Translations under genes and position numbers: made by a program
Notes under the pieces: model-generated
Seen by the model: only the letters and a program-made list of their open reading frames with translations
What the model was told of the DNA's origin: nothing
Database searches by the model: none
Origin: Mobula hypostoma
Taxonomy: Eukaryota
Length of the DNA stretch: 64,000 nucleotides
Assembly (NCBI RefSeq): GCF_963921235.1
Contig: NC_086097.1
Span: 71,116,001 to 71,180,000, forward strand
Reading direction: 5' to 3'
Shown here: piece by piece, positions 62,829 through 64,000 of the stretch
Layout of the letters: each line of letters opens with the position of its first letter
Position numbering within the stretch: the stretch's first letter is position 1

Positions 62829-64000
62829 GCACCTCTTCCTACAGATGCTGCTTGGCCTGCTGCATTCACCAGCAACTTTGATGTATGTTGCTTGAATTTC
62901 CAGCATCTGCAGAATTCCTGTTGTTTGCTCTTAAATATGCCTGTTGTATTAACCTCCACCACCAACAGAGAGTTCCAGGTGTGTGTGTATATATATTTAT
63001 CTATATTGTAATTTCTTTACATTAATGTTTTGTATTTTTGACAGATTTATTTCTAATTGTTTTTAGGTTTTTGTTTATATACATGCAAGAATTGCTACAC
63101 AAATTAATTTCTCATTCCCAGTCAGTGAGAATGCTTGAATGTGATTGGTTGCCCACCCAGTGTGATGCCATGTTCTATCAGATATCAGCATCTTCTTGAC
63201 CTGATTCCTGACACCATCAGCAGTCAGAAATAATGACTGAAACATACCTTAGAGCTTGCAAGCTTGAATGGTGTCGTGCTGCCAAAGGCAGCAGCCTACA
63301 GGAGATCATTAGCTCTTGGATAGACTTTGCTGCAAACACAGATGACCAAGCTTTTTAAATTTCATGCTAGGCAGTTCAATGTGGCCTCACCTGCAATCTT
63401 ACAAAGGACCAACAGCATAAATGTAGAACTGGGTGGAGGAGGGGTACTGCTCTAGGCTCCACTTTAAAATCATGGCAAGTCACTGCAACATTACTGCAGA
63501 ATTCAGATGTGGCAGTGACCCTCCTCGACTCTGCCTGCTGTTTGCCTAGCGTCATTGGCCTAAACCCCAGTTGATCCTGTCTGAGGTGATTGTTTTTCAG
63601 GCAGAGTATCTCAGTGGTGCCCCAGCTCCTTTCCAGAACTCATCTGTTTTTTGTGATCTGTTTCAGTCACGTCTGGTGCTGGTGTCTGCCTAGGTTAGCC
63701 TAGTTGGTGAGCACTAGTATGGACCCTAATACCTTGTGCAAGGACAGATGGTACTGCTTTGCAAGATGCCAGATATTAGACTGAGTGACCTGACTGCAAC
63801 TAGATTAAATCTGCAGGTGTTCACTTGAGAAATGTGAATTATTACTGGCAAGCCAACATTAATTTCTCATTCTTAAATAACCCTCAGAAGTGGTTTGTGC
63901 CACATATTTGTCACTGTTTGTGTGGAAGAAACTCCCTAATGTGCTGTAGTTGTGGAGATTGGATGGATGGGGCAGATCTTTTAATTAGACTCGGTGAAAG

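Larger units (their letters stand above)
57862..62926 (-). mobile_element. Near full-length Penelope-like element (Neptune-type) with a direct upstream pseudo-LTR and an inverted 3' segment
   Basis: 57862-58418 is repeated at ~61380-61938 (period 3518 bp); 61949-62926 is an inverted copy of the 3' ~1 kb. Confidence 0.95.

Noticed and set aside
57855..62938. TAAATAT as TSD of the large Penelope element
   Set aside because: Only 7 AT-rich bases, overlapping the element's own TTAAAT sequence; not convincing
61098..62965. 213-aa ORFs at 61098-61739 (+) and 62324-62965 (-)
   Set aside because: Antisense readings of the purine-rich pseudo-LTR; duplicated only because the repeat is

Overview
Eukaryotic, AT-rich, repeat-dense non-coding DNA (intron or gene desert). 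The repeat families (CR1, Rex1/Babar, L2, V-/Deu-SINEs, Penelope-like elements with the GAAGGGTCTCGGCCCGAAACGTCGAC tail, Tc1/Tigger derivatives, a HERO-type element) point by inference to a cartilaginous fish, probably a ray. I recognise no host exon. Main discovery: a 2.1-kb pol-less Gypsy-type LTR element (30917-33026; 199-bp LTRs, AATTG target duplication, PBS, PPT). Where protease should begin, its gag runs in frame into two captured host coiled-coil segments, from Rabaptin-5 (RABEP1) and then from the C-terminus of CIN85 (SH3KBP1); both are endocytic adaptors. Also notable: a solo LTR swollen to 4 kb by a 31-bp compound satellite; a nearly intact Neptune-type Penelope element with three pseudo-LTRs, each carrying a minimal hammerhead ribozyme; several tiny hammerhead-bearing insertions with 11-15 bp target duplications; and some candidate conserved non-coding elements. 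Protein identifications rest on recalled sequences and alignments by eye, and need database confirmation. Boundaries of old repeats are approximate.
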